Shown: positions 27,936 through 64,000 of the stretch, piece by piece
Numbering within the stretch: the stretch's first letter is position 1
Layout: each line of letters starts with the position of its first letter
DNA from: Macrostomum lignano
Taxonomy: Eukaryota
Length of the DNA: 64,000 nt
Direction: 5' to 3'
Assembly: GCA_002269645.1 (NCBI GenBank)
Contig: NIVC01003398.1
Coordinates: 1 to 64,000 of the forward strand
Position numbers and translations under genes: made by a program
Notes under the pieces: model-generated
What the model was told of the DNA's origin: nothing
The model's input: the letters and a program-made list of their open reading frames with translations, nothing else
The model's database searches: none

Positions 27936-28203
27936 ATCTCTATGGAAACAGTATTTATTGACACTAACTTTTGATACCTTGTATTGCGGGTTTCAGAATT
28001 CAGCAGGTAGCAACAGAAAAGGGAATTATCGATCTTTCTGTGATTGCAGAAAGTGGCGCTTGGGGCTTATCTGGTGGACAGCGAATTCCCGACTCAGACC
28101 GGGGGGCTCTGGCCTATGGACTTTGGTTTGATTCTTGCTGGCTTGCTGCTGATTGGCTACAGATTGGGTGAACTGAATGGCTGCCGAACTCGGCTCTGAT
28201 TGG
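27936..28203 (-). promoter_or_regulatory. Candidate promoter: X-box-like motif plus three CCAAT boxes
   Basis: ATCTCTATGGAAAC at 27936-27949. ATTGG at 28152, 28163 and 28199 (CCAAT on the minus strand). Confidence 0.35.
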
Positions 28204-28267
28204 CTGAGCCACGGGCTGTGGCTAATGAGCTTGTGTGTCTGTCAGTCTGTCTGTCTGTCTGTCTGAC

Positions 28268-30720
<2,453 letters not shown>

Positions 30721-30979
30721 TCTAGTAATTTTTTCCAGTTTAAATTTTCCATTTAAAAGAAATTAAGAACGCAACTACATGTACATGTGAGCTACTATCG
30801 TTGAGCCTTTGCAGTAGTATAATACGCATTTATGACGTTATTTAGGTATATAAAGTATAGCTTAATAAATAATTGCCCGACCTGTTGGAAAACACCCCCA
30901 CTACGAGTAGAAGCTCTTGCATTTTGCTAATTCTCTAGAATTCCTATTTCAAAAACTTCCATATCTGAAGAAATTAAAA

Positions 30980-33050
30980 TTTTGTTGCACATTTCCGATT
31001 TTAAAAATGAAAATACGTGGTTAGCGTCACAGGGCTCATGAAAAATGAAAACTCTCATAAGAAATCCCATGAGAAATCTAATTAGAAATCCAATGAGAAA
31101 TACAATGAGAAATCCTATGAGATATCCAATGAAAAATCCCTGGGAAATCTCATAAGAGATCCCCTGAAAAATCTCATAAGAGATCCCATGAGAAATCCAA
31201 TTAGAAATCCAATGAGAAATCCAATGAGAAATCCAATTAGAAATCCAATGAGAAATCTAATTAGAAATCAAATGAGAAATCCAGTGAGAATCCAACGAGA
31301 ATCCAATGAGAAATCCCATTAGAAATCCAATGAGAAATCCAATGAGAAATCCCATGAGAAATCCAATGAGAAATCCCATGAGAAATATCATGAGAAATCC
31401 AATCAGAAATCCTATGAGAATCCTATCAGAAATCCAATCAGAAATCCAATGAGAAATATCATGAGAAATCCAATAAGAAATCCCTGAAAAATCTCATAAG
31501 AGATCCCATGAGAAATCCAATGAGAAATCCAATGAGAAATCCAATGAGAAATCCAATGAGAAATCCAATGAGAAATCCCATTAGAAATCCAATGAGAAAT
31601 CCCATTAGAAATCCAATGAGAAATCCAATGAGAAATCCCATGAGAAATATCATGAGAAATCTAATAAGAAATCCCTGAAAAATCCCATAAGAGATCCCCT
31701 GAAAAATCTCATAAGAAATCCAATGAAAAATCCCATGAGAAATCCAATCAGAAATCCAATCAGAAATCCAATCAGAAATCCAATCAGAAATCCAAAGAGA
31801 ATCCGATGAGAAATCCAATGAGAATTTTGTTGCACACTTCCGATTTAAAAAATGAAAATACGCAGTTAGCGTCACAGGGCTCATGAAAAATGAAAACTCC
31901 CGTAAGAAATCCCATAAGAAATCCCATGAGAAATCCAATGAAAAATCCCATGAGAAATCCAATGAAAAATCCCATGAGAAATCCAATGAAAAATACCATG
32001 AGAAATCCAATGAGAAATCCCATGAGAAATCCCATGAGAAATCCCATGAGAAATACCATGAGAAATCCAATGAAAAATCCCATGAGAAATCCAATCAGAA
32101 ATCCAATCAGAAATCCAATCAGAAATCCAAAGAGAATCCGATGAGAAATCCAATGAGAAATCCAATGAAAAATCCCATGAGAAATCCAATGAGAAATCCA
32201 ATCAGAAATCCAATCAGAAATCCAATCAGAAATCCAAAGAGAATCCGATGAGAAATCCAATGAGAACTTTGTTGCACACTTCCGATTAAAAAAATGAAAA
32301 TACGCAGTTAGCGTCACAGGGCTCATGAAAAATGAAAACTCCCGTAAGAAATCCCATGAGAAGTCCAATGAAAAATCCCATGAGAAATCCAATGAAAAAT
32401 ACCATGAGAAATCCAATGAGAAATCCAATGAGAAATCCCATGAGAAATCCCATGAGAAATCCCATGAGAAATCCAATGAGAATCCAGTGAGACATCCAAT
32501 GAGAATCCAATGAGAAATCCAATGAGAAATCCCATAAGAAATCCCATGAGAAATCCAATGAGAAATCCCATAAGAAATCCCATGAGAAATCCGATGAAAA
32601 ATCCCATGAGAAATCCAATGAAAAATACCATGAGAAATCCAATGAGAAATCCCATGAGAAATCCCATGAGAAATCCCATGAGAAATACCATGAGAAATCC
32701 AATGAAAAATCCCATGAGAAATCCAATCAGAAATCCAATCAGAAATCCAATCAGAAATCCAAAGAGAATCCGATGAGAAATCCAATGAGAAATCCAATGA
32801 AAAATCCCATGAGAAATCCCATGAGAAATCCAATGAGAAATCCCATGAGAAATCCCATGAGAAATCCAGTTAGAAATCCCATGAGAAATCCTATGAGAAA
32901 TCCCTTGAGAAATCCCATGAGAAATCCAGTTAGAAATCCCATGAGAAATCCCATGAGAAATCCCATGAGAAATCCGGTTAGAAATCCCATGAGAAATCCC
33001 ATGAGAAATCCAATGAGAATCCAATGAGAATCCAATGAGAATCCAGTGAG
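30980..33050. repeat. Composite higher-order repeat: 75-bp head x3, each followed by a 12-bp (gagaaatcc(c/a)at) array
   Basis: Head ttttgttgcaca..gcgtcacagggctcatgaaaaatgaaaact at about 30980, 31825 and 32268. Confidence 0.92.
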
Positions 33051-33244
33051 AAATGCCACAAAGAACGTCAATAATCGCGATCGCCAATTTGAAAAAAACT
33101 GCTCGGCCTGTCAAGAAATGATCTTGAGTCGAGAGCCAGCAACCAGCCCATCTTTTATTTGCTCAATCTAAACACATTTTTCTCCTAATATTCCAAACTC
33201 TCTCCCAGCTCCTCCGCAGCTAGCAGAGACACATTCAGCCTATT

Positions 33245-33258
33245 GTCTCCATGGCAAC
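33245..33258. promoter_or_regulatory. RFX X-box upstream of the PKD1-like gene
   Basis: GTCTCCATGGCAAC is a canonical X-box, about 450 nt before the ATG. Reverse CCAAT boxes at 33500 and 33565. Confidence 0.65.
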
Positions 33259-33706
33259 GCAGTATTTGTTTATCCGTGAGTGGCAGCGCTATCGCCGCTT
33301 CACATCAGCGCCCCCTCCCGGGCTCCCGCCACCGGAAGCGACACGCATTTATCTTGCTTTTCTTGCTTTTGCTGTTCTGCAAGCAACGGAAGAAGAAGTG
33401 ATGGAAGCGAGAAATTTAACGCGAATCTTATAGTCACTTTTGCAGCAATAGTGAGCTGGGCTGAGCTAAGCGCTTTTGAGGCATCCGTTTTAGTTATCGA
33501 TTGGCAGTGGAAGACAACAGGCTTTTATCTCTAAAGCCCCGAAGACTCACCTGCCCCATCGCTCATTGGTTATTGCAATATTGCAATTATCGCGCATTTA
33601 ACTTCTGTTGCAAACGCTTCTACGAGTAACTCGAATTTCGTTCATTTCTAGAATCTGACTGGGAAATTCATAGAAACAGGACCCGTCAATTTGAGAAGTG
33701 TAAGCA

Positions 33707-63590
<29,884 letters not shown>

Positions 63591-64000
63591 GTGAGGAGGT
63601 GCAAACTCTTTCTAAGAAAAAATGGGCTATATCTTATCTTCTGGAGTCCCAAATTCCGAGTTGGAGGGCCGGTCTAGAAAATCCAGCAAAAATACTTGGA
63701 ACTTTGCTTGCATGCAGGTTACCGGAGGCATTTCTTGAATAAAAAAGTTGTTCGTTTGGAATTTGAGCAAGGACTACTTAAAAAAGATGGGGAGATTGCG
63801 TTTCTTGAAACATTTTACGAGGCAGGTTTTACCGAATTTCTAAGATAGGTGACTTTCATTTCTTCAGCACAAGAATTGGTATCGCTTTTGATAGGAGGCA
63901 GGCCCAATTTTCATCTTTTGATATTTCTTGCCTTTCTTATAGCTCTATTGATATTCATAAAGTTTTTCGTTTAGAAAATAAGGATTCTACGAGTATGTTA

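Noticed and set aside
31459-33114. Many ORFs (MRNP, DFSW, ISHG repeats)
   Set aside because: Products of the 12-bp array.

Overview
Eukaryotic (animal) genomic DNA, not prokaryotic. GC-rich exons with canonical GT-AG introns sit among tandem arrays that make up roughly half of the window (hand tally about 31 kb). The style resembles the flatworm Macrostomum lignano, but that is an impression, not a search result. Three protein-coding genes can be reconstructed. (1) The 3' part of an R7-family RGS gene (DHEX-GGL-RGS, + strand, 580-2032), with an unexplained frame change. (2) A sex-peptide/MIP-receptor-like 7TM GPCR (- strand, two coding exons at 20764-20428 and 10492-9453, 458 aa). (3) A polycystin-1-like gene (+ strand, from 33707). 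Its 24 exons splice in consistent phase to give 3,256 codons (signal peptide, WSC, PKD repeats, REJ, GAIN/GPS, TM1, PLAT), and it continues past the window end. Also present: a decayed RTE-type LINE fragment, tRNA-derived SINE-like pieces and about 28 distinct micro/minisatellites. Most long ORFs in the supplied track are repeat artefacts. Best leads: RFX X-box motifs in the divergent GPCR/PKD1 intergenic region, the RGS-GPCR-polycystin neighbourhood, a non-canonical GPS (H-T-T), and a different repeat in every long polycystin intron, several carrying splice-signal-like motifs.
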